Source of the DNA: Candidatus Poribacteria bacterium
Lineage (GTDB): Bacteria > Poribacteria > WGA-4E > WGA-3G
Length of the DNA: 64,000 nucleotides
Direction of reading: 5' to 3'
Assembly: GCA_964291315.2 (NCBI GenBank)
Contig: OZ219753.1
Span: 2,112,001 to 2,176,000, forward strand
Positions within the stretch are counted from its first letter, which is position 1. Each line of letters opens with the position of its first letter. The translations under genes were made by a program, and so were the position numbers. The notes below the pieces were generated by a model. The model was not told the DNA's origin. It saw nothing but the letters and a program-made list of their open reading frames with translations, and made no database searches. Below, piece after piece: positions 32,601-41,985 of the stretch.

Positions 32601-33278
32601 CGTTTCGAGCTCAATGCCGGATGTATGTGGCGGTAAGACGACGCGCTTATCCGGATCAACGTTTTGGGTATTAAGGTTAATTTGCTTTAAATTGCTAACG
32701 TCAGGATAAATGTTAGGACGTAGCTCGACGTTACCGCCGCCGCTTGCCTGATTTTCAGTTGTTAGATAGCAAACGTAGAGGTTCGCAGCGGCGGAAATTT
32801 GGAAAGCACAGTCGATCCAGTCCTTGAGTTCCTGAAATGTACTGGGTTCAAGGAGCGGAACATAGACGTGGCGAGCCAAAAACCGGGAGTCCGCTGGCAC
32901 TTGTGTACTATGCGACCATGTATCATCGCCGACAACAACAACAGCTCCCCCGGTTGTTCCGGCGAGATTGCTGATTGCAAGTGCATCGGAGGCAACATGC
33001 AAACCAACACTTTTCATAAAGGCAATCGCGCGCAGGTCGGCCATCTGTGACCCGTTCAATCGAGCGATACTTAACGCCTCGTTGTTGGCTATTTGGGCAA
33101 CAATCCCATTGATTTTCAACAATTCAGCGTTACGCTCGATAACGTCAAATACTTCAGCAAGGGGAGAACCAGGGTAACCGGTGAGAAGACTGATCCCGCT
33201 TTCCAGAGCGCCTTTGACTAGCAGTTCGCAGCCTGTATAGACATGTGTTCCGCTGGATTGTGTGAACCTTTCATCCAT
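29697..33278 (-). CDS. Fused indolepyruvate ferredoxin oxidoreductase family protein
   Basis: GYPGSP, KSVGLHVASD, PTFCPGCPH, GDSTFFH TPP motif, ferredoxin cysteines, GVGGMG, IKDEVYVA. Confidence 0.9.
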   Translation of the reverse strand: MDERFTQSSGTHVYTGCELLVKGALESGISLLTGYPGSPLAEVFDVIERNAELLKINGIVAQIANNEALSIARLNGSQMADLRAIAFMKSVGLHVASDALAISNLAGTTGGAVVVVGDDTWSHSTQVPADSRFLARHVYVPLLEPSTFQELKDWIDCAFQISAAANLYVCYLTTENQASGGGNVELRPNIYPDVSNLKQINLNTQNVDPDKRVVLPPHTSGIELETLRKRLPAALETARALNLNRIQFLQNNSTRKKHLIGFVSTGLAYSCLLHALEELNLHGNIPILKLGMTHPIDLDIVREFAGQVDEIYVIEEKRPLLENEIKALLMQMYQSGAIKQYVNVWGKQFPNGLPGVPVASGLDASILIQKLIPLLKNRLSKTTTSIDTEHFAREEEIQKQASERQIGIPQRTPTFCPGCPHRDSSSVFLEITEQFMDPDYMKKHHNSGLVDLVFHGDIGCYSMLKYEPFPRLMHNLSAMALGGGAGAGIDPFIQNKQVVFMGDSTFFHGGMAAISDSIKNNQDIAYIILDNQTTAMTGHQPTPADERDILGNPTFAQDIEQVAQGLAGDSEIDIVRTNPEDRVNYKKYLEKTILKPGVKIIIADKECAITYYRRIRREQRKTIAHKGFLKYEKHINITPEVCEFCRECTTATGCPGLKIIDTDYGEKIAIDRSNCVADGACARIKYACPAFEEVIVTRKRPPQSQNVESGYPDLLSDTPLPPPPPRTFERSWNIYAAGVGGMGIGMISKVLVVAGYLQGYDVTFCDRKGLAIRNGGVYTHIAYTQPGFHASTMIPYGKADLLLGLDILEAVRGIGANSLFRIASPTRTAAVVNTAKTETISTLIGKDDFEPEALEETLQAHTNLDAYFGIDLFAISEQLFGNKLYANMMLLGTAFQRQLIPLELEPLQLALKQMIPHADLDTNMSAFTVGRRLALETSESSVNTSTVKTLLTYTELLKSKQQILARKWRGGRLAQEYGRLVENIVKKLNVDSGEVNRMLALYIYDLIQFEDINYARRYVEKIHQVYTHDSDNYGYRATKAAIRYLHKVMLIKDEVYVAHLLTRKEKLERDKALYKVDTANGDRIRYLHLNRPHFTVMGFDLERDIDTRNWQLNLMKCMKFLRRWLPQWHAKEKAFREWYITRVIDTFTPINAETYEKHLQALECVEEVRGYREIRYPKMENAQQIVEGLLAQE

Positions 33279-33391
33279 TTTTTTTATCCTTTAACTCAGC
33301 ATAGGGATCCGAAAAGAATATTGCAGCAAGATTTCTGTAACAACGATATGGTGTTACGTCTAGGTTCCAAAGCTCATGAGGGAAGGATGCC

Positions 33392-35113
33392 CTATTTTTC
33401 AGCCAATAATTCCCGTGCATGTGCAAGTCCAATTTCAGTTTCTTCGCTGCCGTGCATTCGGGCGATTTCGTTAATTTGTTCTTCCGGTGTCAGCGGTTTC
33501 GCTGTAATCAGGGTCTGCGCGCCGCCCACGACCTTCTTCTCTACCCGGAAATGTCTATCTGCAAAACGGGCAATCTGCGGAAGATGGGTGATACAGATCA
33601 CTTGTGCGAATTCAGAAAGTTCTTTCAACTTCTTACCGACGACATTGGCTACTTTGCCACCGATTCCACTATCGATTTCGTCGAAAAGAAGAGTCGGAAT
33701 TTCATCTGCTTGCACCAGTACCGTCTTCAAAGCGAGCATAATGCGCGAGATTTCGCCGCCCGATGCGATCTTGTTAATTGGGCGTGCTTCGGAGCCGACA
33801 TTCGGTGCGATCAAGAACTCGACAGCATCCATCCCGTGAGAACGGAAGCCGTAACGCTTGCCATCTATTTGAAACGGGCCGGTGTCCTCGGGCATATGCT
33901 CGACGGCGGCTTTAAATTCGGCCTTATCCATCCCGAGGGTACGCAACTCCTTCTCAATCTGTTTTGAAAGCTGCTTGGCAACATGCTGACGCTTTGCAGA
34001 AAGAGCACAACACAGATGTTGTGCGTCCTGAATTGTTTTGTGGATCTCTGTTTGGAGTAATTCTTGCTTTTCCGAACCGAGTTCTAATGCCTCCAATTTT
34101 CGCGCGGCTTCGGCGTGATAGGCTAATATTCCGGAGATAGAATTGCCGTAACGCCGCTTCAGTTTTGCGATAAGTGCTAACCGATCGGTAACTTCATCTA
34201 AGCGCAGGGGATTGAATTCGACCCTGTCCGTATATCGCCGGATATGTGAAGCAATATCTTCCAATTCATAGCGTGCAGTTTCCAATCGGTCATGCACTTC
34301 GGAGAGATTATCATCTAATTCGGATAATTTCGTAAGCGTTTTTGAGGCTTTTGTGAGGTTTTCCAGTACTGAGCTGCCAGCAGATGTGCCGCTTTCCAAT
34401 AGGGCATATACGTAACCGGCAGATTTTGCCAATTCTTCAGCGTTGCTCAGTATACGGGCCTCAGCGGTTAATTGTTCATCTTCACCCTCTTGGAGGTTCG
34501 CTGCGGTAAGTTCCTTAATTTCAAATTCAAGGAGGTCTTTTTCGCGATGCGAGGCGGTTAAGGTTTCTGCTAGGTCCTCCGCCTCTTTTCGTAAAGCTTG
34601 GAGGGAAGCATGCACCTTACCAATATGTTGTCTTGCCTCACTGCAGCCCCCAAAATCGTCTAAGAGTTTGAGGTGGGTTTGCGTTCTGAAGAGGGACTGG
34701 TGTTCATGTTGACCGTGAATATCAACAAGCAAAGTTCCAAGGGCTTGGAGTTGGCTCAGGTTCACCAAATGTCCATTGATTCGGCAGCGGCTCCTACCGT
34801 TCGCCCCAATTCGTCTAGAAAGAATTACTGCATCTGATGGATCTAAGACATCGCTAAAAGCGAAGTCCGTGTGCCACACTGGGTGCTGATGACAGGGTCC
34901 AACGGCTACCTCTACTTTCGCAAAATCGGTCCCTTCACGGACAACATCGGAGGAGACCCTTTCCCCTAACACCAACCCGATGGATCTGAGGATAACAGAT
35001 TTTCCGGCCCCTGTCTCGCCAGTGAAAATATTCAATCCAGATGCCAGTTCCAAGTTGAGTTCGTCTATGAGTGCAATGTTGCGGATAGAAAGTGTCTCTA
35101 TCATTTTAGTCAT
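33392..35113 (-). CDS. recN: DNA repair protein RecN
   Basis: TGETGAGKS, DIHGQHEHQ, ASGGEISR, FDEIDSGIGG, ITHLPQIA. Confidence 0.97.
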   Translation of the reverse strand: MTKMIETLSIRNIALIDELNLELASGLNIFTGETGAGKSVILRSIGLVLGERVSSDVVREGTDFAKVEVAVGPCHQHPVWHTDFAFSDVLDPSDAVILSRRIGANGRSRCRINGHLVNLSQLQALGTLLVDIHGQHEHQSLFRTQTHLKLLDDFGGCSEARQHIGKVHASLQALRKEAEDLAETLTASHREKDLLEFEIKELTAANLQEGEDEQLTAEARILSNAEELAKSAGYVYALLESGTSAGSSVLENLTKASKTLTKLSELDDNLSEVHDRLETARYELEDIASHIRRYTDRVEFNPLRLDEVTDRLALIAKLKRRYGNSISGILAYHAEAARKLEALELGSEKQELLQTEIHKTIQDAQHLCCALSAKRQHVAKQLSKQIEKELRTLGMDKAEFKAAVEHMPEDTGPFQIDGKRYGFRSHGMDAVEFLIAPNVGSEARPINKIASGGEISRIMLALKTVLVQADEIPTLLFDEIDSGIGGKVANVVGKKLKELSEFAQVICITHLPQIARFADRHFRVEKKVVGGAQTLITAKPLTPEEQINEIARMHGSEETEIGLAHARELLAEK

Positions 35114-35193
35114 TATTGGTCATGTGCTATCGATGATCAGAGCAGAGCGGATTTTTGCTGAAAAGCGACAGCACAACACTAATAATTATTTTT

Positions 35194-36075
35194 TTATCGG
35201 TGCCTAGTACTTTCACCTAACATCAGTTTTTCCCGTAGAGCTCTGTAGTAACTATGGTGTTGTGACCGGATCAGTTGAATTGTTCGCTCCGCTCTCTCCA
35301 CTTTTATGACTGATCCTGCAGTGAGACTGTGCGTTTCACGGTGTCCATCTACGAAAACATCTACGGCCTGATATGCAGCGCGCATTTTGACGGTTATCTC
35401 CGCGCCGCCATTTGCAATGAAGGGACGAACTGTCAAACTGTGCGGTGCGATAGGTGTTAACAGAATTGCCTCCAACTGCGGTGCGACAATAGTACCTGCA
35501 CAAGCGAGCGAATAACCGGTTGAACCGCTTGGGGTTGCGATGATCAGCCCGTCGACATTATACGGGATAAATAGCTCATTATCAACATACACATCTAATT
35601 CAATAAGTTGTGTGTAGTGCCGAATGACAACGTCGTTGAGTGCAAAAGCTCGAAATGGTTTCGGGAAGTCTTGGCTGTTCACGACAACCTCTAACATCAT
35701 CCGATGTTCTATGCGATAGGCCCCGGTCAAAAGTCCTTCCAAAGTCGGATAAAGTTCGTCGAGCGAGGCATCTGTCAAAAATCCGAGGGTTCCAATATTA
35801 ATCGCTAGAATAGGTACATTCTCAATCTGTGGCATGTGTGCTGCACTGAGCAGCGTACCATCGCCCCCTAGAACAAGCATCACATCCGCTTCTTGCACGA
35901 CCTCCGCTTTGGAAATAGATGTTGCGGGGATTTTCCCCAATGCGGATGCTTGTTCCTTGAACAAGAGCGGAACAATACCGTGCTCTTTGAGCCAGAGGGA
36001 CACGCTTTTAACGACTGCTGCTGCGTTTGTCTTAGTCGTATTAACGAAAAAACCGATGCTTTTTATTTTTCTCAT
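35194..36075 (-). CDS. nadK: NAD kinase
   Basis: LGGDGTLL, GTLGFL, ALND, DGLIIATPSGSTGYSL. Confidence 0.96.
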   Translation of the reverse strand: MRKIKSIGFFVNTTKTNAAAVVKSVSLWLKEHGIVPLLFKEQASALGKIPATSISKAEVVQEADVMLVLGGDGTLLSAAHMPQIENVPILAINIGTLGFLTDASLDELYPTLEGLLTGAYRIEHRMMLEVVVNSQDFPKPFRAFALNDVVIRHYTQLIELDVYVDNELFIPYNVDGLIIATPSGSTGYSLACAGTIVAPQLEAILLTPIAPHSLTVRPFIANGGAEITVKMRAAYQAVDVFVDGHRETHSLTAGSVIKVERAERTIQLIRSQHHSYYRALREKLMLGESTRHR

Positions 36076-36223
36076 TTAACGGCTATCCGCTGTTAGTTTT
36101 CAGTTGTCAGTAAAACATGGGCGCTGCTGACGTTTTATCCATCACAAGCTTTTACGGTTGAAGACTGATTGCCGGCAGCTATTTTGCTGACTGCCAACGG
36201 CTGAGCATCGACAACCATCACAT

Positions 36224-37249
36224 CTAATTCTCCAAACGAGTAAAGAGAAAAATTACACCACAGCCGATGCAAAAGGCCCCCGTAGTGAGCAGCAGGTTCA
36301 TATTAAATTGCGGTAAAATATAGGCAGCATCTATACGTTCCCCATCTATCATTGCAAACTTGCGAAAGGGCCATAACCCATAAAGCGAACCAAGCATTAA
36401 TCCAATAAGGAAGGCAATTGTCAAATTGCGATAGCGCTCTAATAGATAGTTGAGCAACCGCGTGAAAGCGAGAAGCCCGAACAAGCAGCCGAGCGCTGTA
36501 ACCGTGACTATTAGTAGACTCGCTAGCATCGAGGGTTCTAAAACACCGCTGATCAATTTTGGAACACCTTCTACCACAGTGTTTATTGCTGTTAGGAGCC
36601 GAAAATAGACACCTAGGGCAAGCATCAGAAACGAACCGCTGACACCGGGCAGTATCATCGCCGAAATAGCCAGTGCGCCGCTCCCAAAGAAAATTCCGAG
36701 ATCCCAATGTGTTGGAAAAGCGGGGCCTCCGCCACTGTCATCTACCGCGATGTCATTCCGTGATTGATGCGTAATTTGCTCTAATTGCCTCTCGTTCATA
36801 CTGATAGAGAGGCTTAGGACGAGCCCAACAGCAATCAGCAGTACAAATAATTCTCTTATACCGCATCGTTTTAGCATTCGCGCGGGCACAAGGATAGAAG
36901 TGAGAATCAGCCCACTGAAGAAGCCGTAAGTAGCATCATGGTGGTTGTTCAGCAAATAGACAATTAATTTCGATGTGAGCAAGACAGCCGCTACGGCACC
37001 TGTGCCTAAGAGCGTGAGAAAACTGAAGTCGATCCGGTGAAGTTCTATTTTTGCAGCTATGAAGGCTCTTTTTTTTAAGCTGACTACTCCGATCAAATTC
37101 TTTACTGTTGAAATCCCGATGCTCCGTAATGATCGGATGAGACGTTCATAGATGCCTAAGACTAGCGCAAGTGTTCCGCCACTCATACCGGGAATGATAT
37201 TGGCAATTCCTATCAAAAACCCGTAAATAGAAAGCCGGAGTGAATTCAT
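36224..37249 (-). CDS. DUF368 membrane protein
   Basis: IIPGMSGGTLALVLGIYERLI, AMILPGVSGS, LWPF; ATG 37249 chosen. Confidence 0.9.
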   Translation of the reverse strand: MNSLRLSIYGFLIGIANIIPGMSGGTLALVLGIYERLIRSLRSIGISTVKNLIGVVSLKKRAFIAAKIELHRIDFSFLTLLGTGAVAAVLLTSKLIVYLLNNHHDATYGFFSGLILTSILVPARMLKRCGIRELFVLLIAVGLVLSLSISMNERQLEQITHQSRNDIAVDDSGGGPAFPTHWDLGIFFGSGALAISAMILPGVSGSFLMLALGVYFRLLTAINTVVEGVPKLISGVLEPSMLASLLIVTVTALGCLFGLLAFTRLLNYLLERYRNLTIAFLIGLMLGSLYGLWPFRKFAMIDGERIDAAYILPQFNMNLLLTTGAFCIGCGVIFLFTRLEN

Positions 37250-37575
37250 GTTTTTATAGTTATCAGTTAGAATCAACGCCGAATGCGCGTATAGCACTCA
37301 GTGGGTTATCAGTCAAGAAGTTATTTCAGTAGGTCAGAACATCTTTAAGCAGTGATGGATAACCCCTAAAATCTTTCTCATATAACTGTGGAGCCCAAAA
37401 TTTACAAGAGTCCACATTCCTCGGAGCGGTTTAATATGGTTAACCTCATTGCCATATCGGGGCTGGATCGGTAGCCCCTTCTACAACACTCAATTTCAAG
37501 CCTGGACTTCTCTCACAGCTATTCTGGACTCGTTGTATACCGGTAGCAGCAAACACATTTCATAGCTTTTGGTAT

Positions 37576-37604
37576 ATTATACTACAAAAATATTTTTCTG
37601 TCAA
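37576..37604 (-). promoter_or_regulatory. Consensus sigma70 promoter
   Basis: Minus strand TTGACA-N17-TATAAT; spacer contains palindrome AAAAATATTTTT. Confidence 0.8.
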
Positions 37605-37890
37605 ACGGTTATCTGTCGAAAAACATGTAAATACTTTGGCAACGGACAGGTGTCAAAAAGCATGACTTTACTTCATGAGCAGAGCGGCAAAATTATGAAA
37701 ACCGCTAAAGTTTTTGCTGGTAGCCAATAGTTCCTAATTTTAGCGCGATCCTGATAATCATTGGATTCACCTTTAAATAAGGAGATCACTGACAGCCGCC
37801 GGGGCTTACCAGAGGAGAAATGAATTTCCACTTTTTCCATAGGTGTGATATACTGAAGTAAACTCTCACTACACTAGGGTAAAATTGCTT

Positions 37891-38811
37891 ATGAATTTTC
37901 CGATGCTGTCAGAGGCGAAACGTCTAGAGATGCTCCAACCTCCAACCGGGAAAGTGAGGATGGTTCTTGACACTGACACCTATAATGAAATCGACGATCA
38001 GTTTGCAGTTGTCCACGCGCTGCTCTCTCCGGAACGCCTCAACGTTGAGGCGCTGTATGCTGCCCCGTTCCACAACAATCGCTCCAATAACGCTGAAGAT
38101 GGTATGGAGAAAAGTTACGACGAAATTCTTCGGCTTCTGGCTCTGCTGGACGTTCCTGCTGCTGAATTGGTCTACCGCGGTTCCAGAACGTTCCTCTCCG
38201 ATAAAGCGGACCCCGTGCCGAGCGATGCCGCTACTGACTTAATTGAACGGGCTCTGTCAAGCAGTGAAGACCTGCTCTATGTGGTTGCTATAGGAGCAAT
38301 AACAAACGTCGCTTCTGCTATTTTAATAGAGCCCGAAATTATCGAACGAATCGTCGTTATCTGGCTTGGTGGGAATCCGTTGTACTGGCCCCACACTCGT
38401 GAATTCAACCTTACACAGGATCTTTACAGTGCACAAGTCGTTTTGGATTGCGGTGCGCCGTTCGTTTGGCTGCCTGCACGGGGCGTTGTGTCGCATCTGC
38501 ATACAACCGTCGCGGAGGTAGAGCGTTACGTGCAGGGCAGAAGCAAAATCGGAGATTATCTTACGGAGATTTTCAAAGACTATTCTAGCGATCATTACGG
38601 TTGGTCCAAGGTGATATGGGATCTATCTGCCACGGCATACCTCGTCAATCCGTTGTGGGTTCCAACAGAAATCGTCCACAGCCCGATTTTGACAGAAGCG
38701 GTGACATGGAGTTTCGATAACAACCGACATCTCATGCGCGTTGCTTCGAGTGTCAACCGGGATGCGATTTTCCGAGATCTGTTTGAGAAATTGCAACACT
38801 ATACCGGGTAA
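37891..38811 (+). CDS. Nucleoside hydrolase family protein
   Basis: LDTDTYNEIDDQFA, IGAITN, EFNL, IWD; TGaTATACT extended -10 at 37846-37854. Confidence 0.9.
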   Translation: MNFPMLSEAKRLEMLQPPTGKVRMVLDTDTYNEIDDQFAVVHALLSPERLNVEALYAAPFHNNRSNNAEDGMEKSYDEILRLLALLDVPAAELVYRGSRTFLSDKADPVPSDAATDLIERALSSSEDLLYVVAIGAITNVASAILIEPEIIERIVVIWLGGNPLYWPHTREFNLTQDLYSAQVVLDCGAPFVWLPARGVVSHLHTTVAEVERYVQGRSKIGDYLTEIFKDYSSDHYGWSKVIWDLSATAYLVNPLWVPTEIVHSPILTEAVTWSFDNNRHLMRVASSVNRDAIFRDLFEKLQHYTG

Positions 38812-39096
38812 CGAGGTAATAGCGGGTGCGGTTCGAAAATCTCGACTACCAAGGGCGGCGGTGAGGATAGATTCGGTTCGAAGGGATCGAAGGGACTGTC
38901 GATTCTGATCAAGATCCTCATGAGCGAAGTAGGCATGCTGAGGCGCTTTGCAGTCTGTTGTCAACAGTATTTTACCAATCACATTCAACGTTTTCGATGA
39001 ATGTGCGTCTAATATATCAACAAAATTTAGTAATATTCCGTATATTTAGCGACTTTATCAACGGAAAAGACAACGTCTGATATTCCGACAGAAAAC

Positions 39097-41862
39097 ATGC
39101 ATAATTTCATAACGATTCTTAACACTATCCGCCGCCCCTTCGACCAAGAACTTCGAAAAGGGTGTCAAGACAATGTTGTTGTCAACGGGTTAGGAAATTA
39201 TGTGCAGCTATGGGTAAAAAATGGAGGCACTGTTGCCTTAGAAACAACCGAAAAAGAGGTGTTAAACGCCTTAGCGTCTCTCTTTAAAAGTTATGCAGAC
39301 GCTTCCCCGGATGAACGACAACGCAAGCTGTCAGAAGCAGCCAAACGTATTGATACAGTACTGGCACACAAGCAGCAGGGATTGAGAAATAAGGAGGCTG
39401 TTGAAGTGCCCCGCGCGCCGTCCGTTCACCGGCCAACAACGCAGCGGACACATCAGGATCAGAAAAAGAACAGACAGGAGATACAGCCTCTTTTTCAGGA
39501 AAGAGTAAAGCTTCCCAAACAGGAAACAGCAGCGGAACCTACGTCGCAGAGGTCGGTTACAGAGCCGCTTCCGCTTCTCCAAAGTGCGGAGCTGCTTCCG
39601 GTGCAAACAGAGCAGGCTTCTAGCGGAAACCCGTCAGCAGCTGTACCTATCTCAGATATTCCTGTTTTAACGGATCTCGCCTCGCTTGATTTTTTATCCG
39701 AATCGATCCAGTATCTCAAAGGGATTGGCCCCCGTCGTGCAGCACTGCTCTTAGCAGAGCTCAATATCCGGACTGTTGGTGAATTGTTGGCGTACTATCC
39801 GCGGGATTATATCGATCGATCCAATACAGTAGAGATTTATAGGGTGGGTCGAACGGAAAATGATGAACCGGAGACGATTCAAGGTAAGGTTGTTAATCAC
39901 ACTTCGTCGCCGACAGCGAAGGGCAAGCGCGTTGGTAAGATCTCAATTTACGATGGGACCGGTGTAGCCGTGCTGGTTAATTTTGGCCGGCGGATTGGCG
40001 TTATGAAGGCGCTGCTTCCTATTGATGCCGAGGTAGTTGTCAGCGGTAAGTTCTCGCGCCGTTACAACGAAATCCAAGCGACCGACTACGAGTTTGAATT
40101 ATTTGAAGAAGATAACCTGATTCACACAAAGCGGATTGTCCCGAAATATCCACTTACTGCGAAACTCACTGCGAAAATGGTTCGGGGTTGGATACGGACA
40201 GCGCTCGATGAATATGGACAACAGATTCCTGAGATCCTCCCACTTGATCTTCGGAAACGTCAAGGTTTAATAGACAGACAGCTTGCCATTAATGAGATTC
40301 ATTTCCCGACCTCGAAAGTGCATCAAGAAGCTGCGCAAAAACGCCTCGCCTTTGAGGAATTTTTTCTCCTAAGCGTCGGGATGGAGATGAAAAAAGAGCA
40401 CAAAGCTTTAGAGGCGGGCATTCCGTTTCGAATTGGAACGGGGACAGGAGATGTTTCCTCTACGCTGCTGCACGACTTCACGGCTTCGCTACCTTACGAA
40501 TTGACGGGCGCCCAAAAACGGGTTTTAAGAGAAATTCAGAAAGATATGCAGCAAAAAAAGGTGATGAATCGCCTTCTCCAAGGAGATGTTGGTTCGGGGA
40601 AGACCGTTGTCGCAGCGATGGCTCTGCTCAGCGCCATTGAAAACGGTTATCAAGGGGCACTGATGGTGCCGACTGAAATTCTCGCCGAGCAGCACTATTA
40701 TAATCTTTGCGATATGTTCAAGCATCTGCGCAGAAAAGATGCCCCAGAAGGTGCTGCGAAAATAAACGTTGTGCTTCTGAAAAGCGATCTTCGCAAGTCA
40801 GAACGTGAAGCTGCGCTAGAGACGATCGCTAATGACACTGCAGACCTCATCGTCGGTACACAAGCTTTGATTCAAGACGGTGTCAATTTCCACAAACTTG
40901 GACTGGTTATTATCGACGAGCAGCATCGATTCGGTGTGATGCAACGCGCAACGCTTCGGAACAAAGCACAACCTGTGGACGAAGCACAAAAGCATCCGGG
41001 TAACGCTGCGCCGTCGCCGGATGTCCTTGTTATGACTGCGACACCGATTCCGCGGACCCTCGCTCTGACACTCTACGGAGACCTGAACGTATCGGTCATT
41101 GATGAGCTGCCTCCGGGTAGACAGCAGATTAAAACCTATTGGATAAAGGAAAACGCTCGTAGGAAGTTATACGCTACACTTCGGAAAGAGGTTCAACGGG
41201 GGCATCAGGCATACATCGTTTATCCACTCGTTGAAGAGTCTGAAAAATTAGAAGATCTCAAAGCTGCAACAGAAATGGCATCGCACCTTCAGAATGACGT
41301 GTTTCCGAACCTTCGTATCGGTTTACTGCATGGGCAAATGAAATCCGTTGAGAAATATCAGGTGATGGAAAGATTTAAGGAAAAACAGATAGATATTCTT
41401 GTTTCAACGACGGTGATAGAGGTCGGTATTGATGTTCCGAACGCAACGTTGATGGTGATTGAGAATGCAGAACGGTTTGGGCTCTCACAGCTGCATCAGT
41501 TGCGTGGACGCGTGGGACGTGGCAAATATCAATCGGCATGTTATCTTGTTGCTTCGCCGAGAGGGGACGACTCCTATCAACGGATTCAGGCGATGATTCG
41601 CACGAACAACGGTTTTCACATTTCAAAAGCGGACCTAAATATTCGGGGGCCTGGCGAGTTCTTTGGTACCCGCCAATCAGGTATACCGAATTTTAAGATT
41701 GCAAATATTATCCAAGACACCTCTCTTCTGGAAGCCGCGAAAAAAGAGGCAGAATTATTAATCAAAACCGATCCAGGATTAGATGCCGACAACCATCAAC
41801 TCCTGAAACGGATGTTACAGAAGCATTGGAAAGACAATCTGGACATCGCCTCGGTTGGCTGA
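39097..41862 (+). CDS. recG: ATP-dependent DNA helicase RecG with N-terminal extension
   Basis: RLLQGDVGSGKT, DEQHRFG, MTATPIPRTL, QLHQLRGRVGRG. Confidence 0.97.
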   Translation: MHNFITILNTIRRPFDQELRKGCQDNVVVNGLGNYVQLWVKNGGTVALETTEKEVLNALASLFKSYADASPDERQRKLSEAAKRIDTVLAHKQQGLRNKEAVEVPRAPSVHRPTTQRTHQDQKKNRQEIQPLFQERVKLPKQETAAEPTSQRSVTEPLPLLQSAELLPVQTEQASSGNPSAAVPISDIPVLTDLASLDFLSESIQYLKGIGPRRAALLLAELNIRTVGELLAYYPRDYIDRSNTVEIYRVGRTENDEPETIQGKVVNHTSSPTAKGKRVGKISIYDGTGVAVLVNFGRRIGVMKALLPIDAEVVVSGKFSRRYNEIQATDYEFELFEEDNLIHTKRIVPKYPLTAKLTAKMVRGWIRTALDEYGQQIPEILPLDLRKRQGLIDRQLAINEIHFPTSKVHQEAAQKRLAFEEFFLLSVGMEMKKEHKALEAGIPFRIGTGTGDVSSTLLHDFTASLPYELTGAQKRVLREIQKDMQQKKVMNRLLQGDVGSGKTVVAAMALLSAIENGYQGALMVPTEILAEQHYYNLCDMFKHLRRKDAPEGAAKINVVLLKSDLRKSEREAALETIANDTADLIVGTQALIQDGVNFHKLGLVIIDEQHRFGVMQRATLRNKAQPVDEAQKHPGNAAPSPDVLVMTATPIPRTLALTLYGDLNVSVIDELPPGRQQIKTYWIKENARRKLYATLRKEVQRGHQAYIVYPLVEESEKLEDLKAATEMASHLQNDVFPNLRIGLLHGQMKSVEKYQVMERFKEKQIDILVSTTVIEVGIDVPNATLMVIENAERFGLSQLHQLRGRVGRGKYQSACYLVASPRGDDSYQRIQAMIRTNNGFHISKADLNIRGPGEFFGTRQSGIPNFKIANIIQDTSLLEAAKKEAELLIKTDPGLDADNHQLLKRMLQKHWKDNLDIASVG

Positions 41863-41985
41863 TTTCATTAATTTAAAGGGATGTCCAGATTGAATCAGAT
41901 AGTAATATCAGACCCTAGGTTTCTGTGATCAGACCCGCTCAATGTCTCCGTTGACGTAGAATTGTGCTCCGCTTGATCTATAGAT

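Noticed and set aside
32930-32945. ACAACAACAAC run as a DGR template fragment
   Set aside because: It is the reverse strand of Val codons (GGAVVVVG) within the oxidoreductase gene.
38623-38988. Minus-strand ORF starting MNVIGKILLTTD as a universal stress protein relic
   Set aside because: Similarity limited to ~7 residues and the ORF overlaps the nucleoside hydrolase.
39097-39700. RecG N-terminal extension as a novel fusion
   Set aside because: Helical N-terminal extensions are known in RecG of several phyla; the rest is low-complexity linker.
33392-41862. recN and recG as dedicated parts of the FGE shuffling system
   Set aside because: Ordinary housekeeping genes (nadK-recN linkage is common); proximity alone is not evidence.
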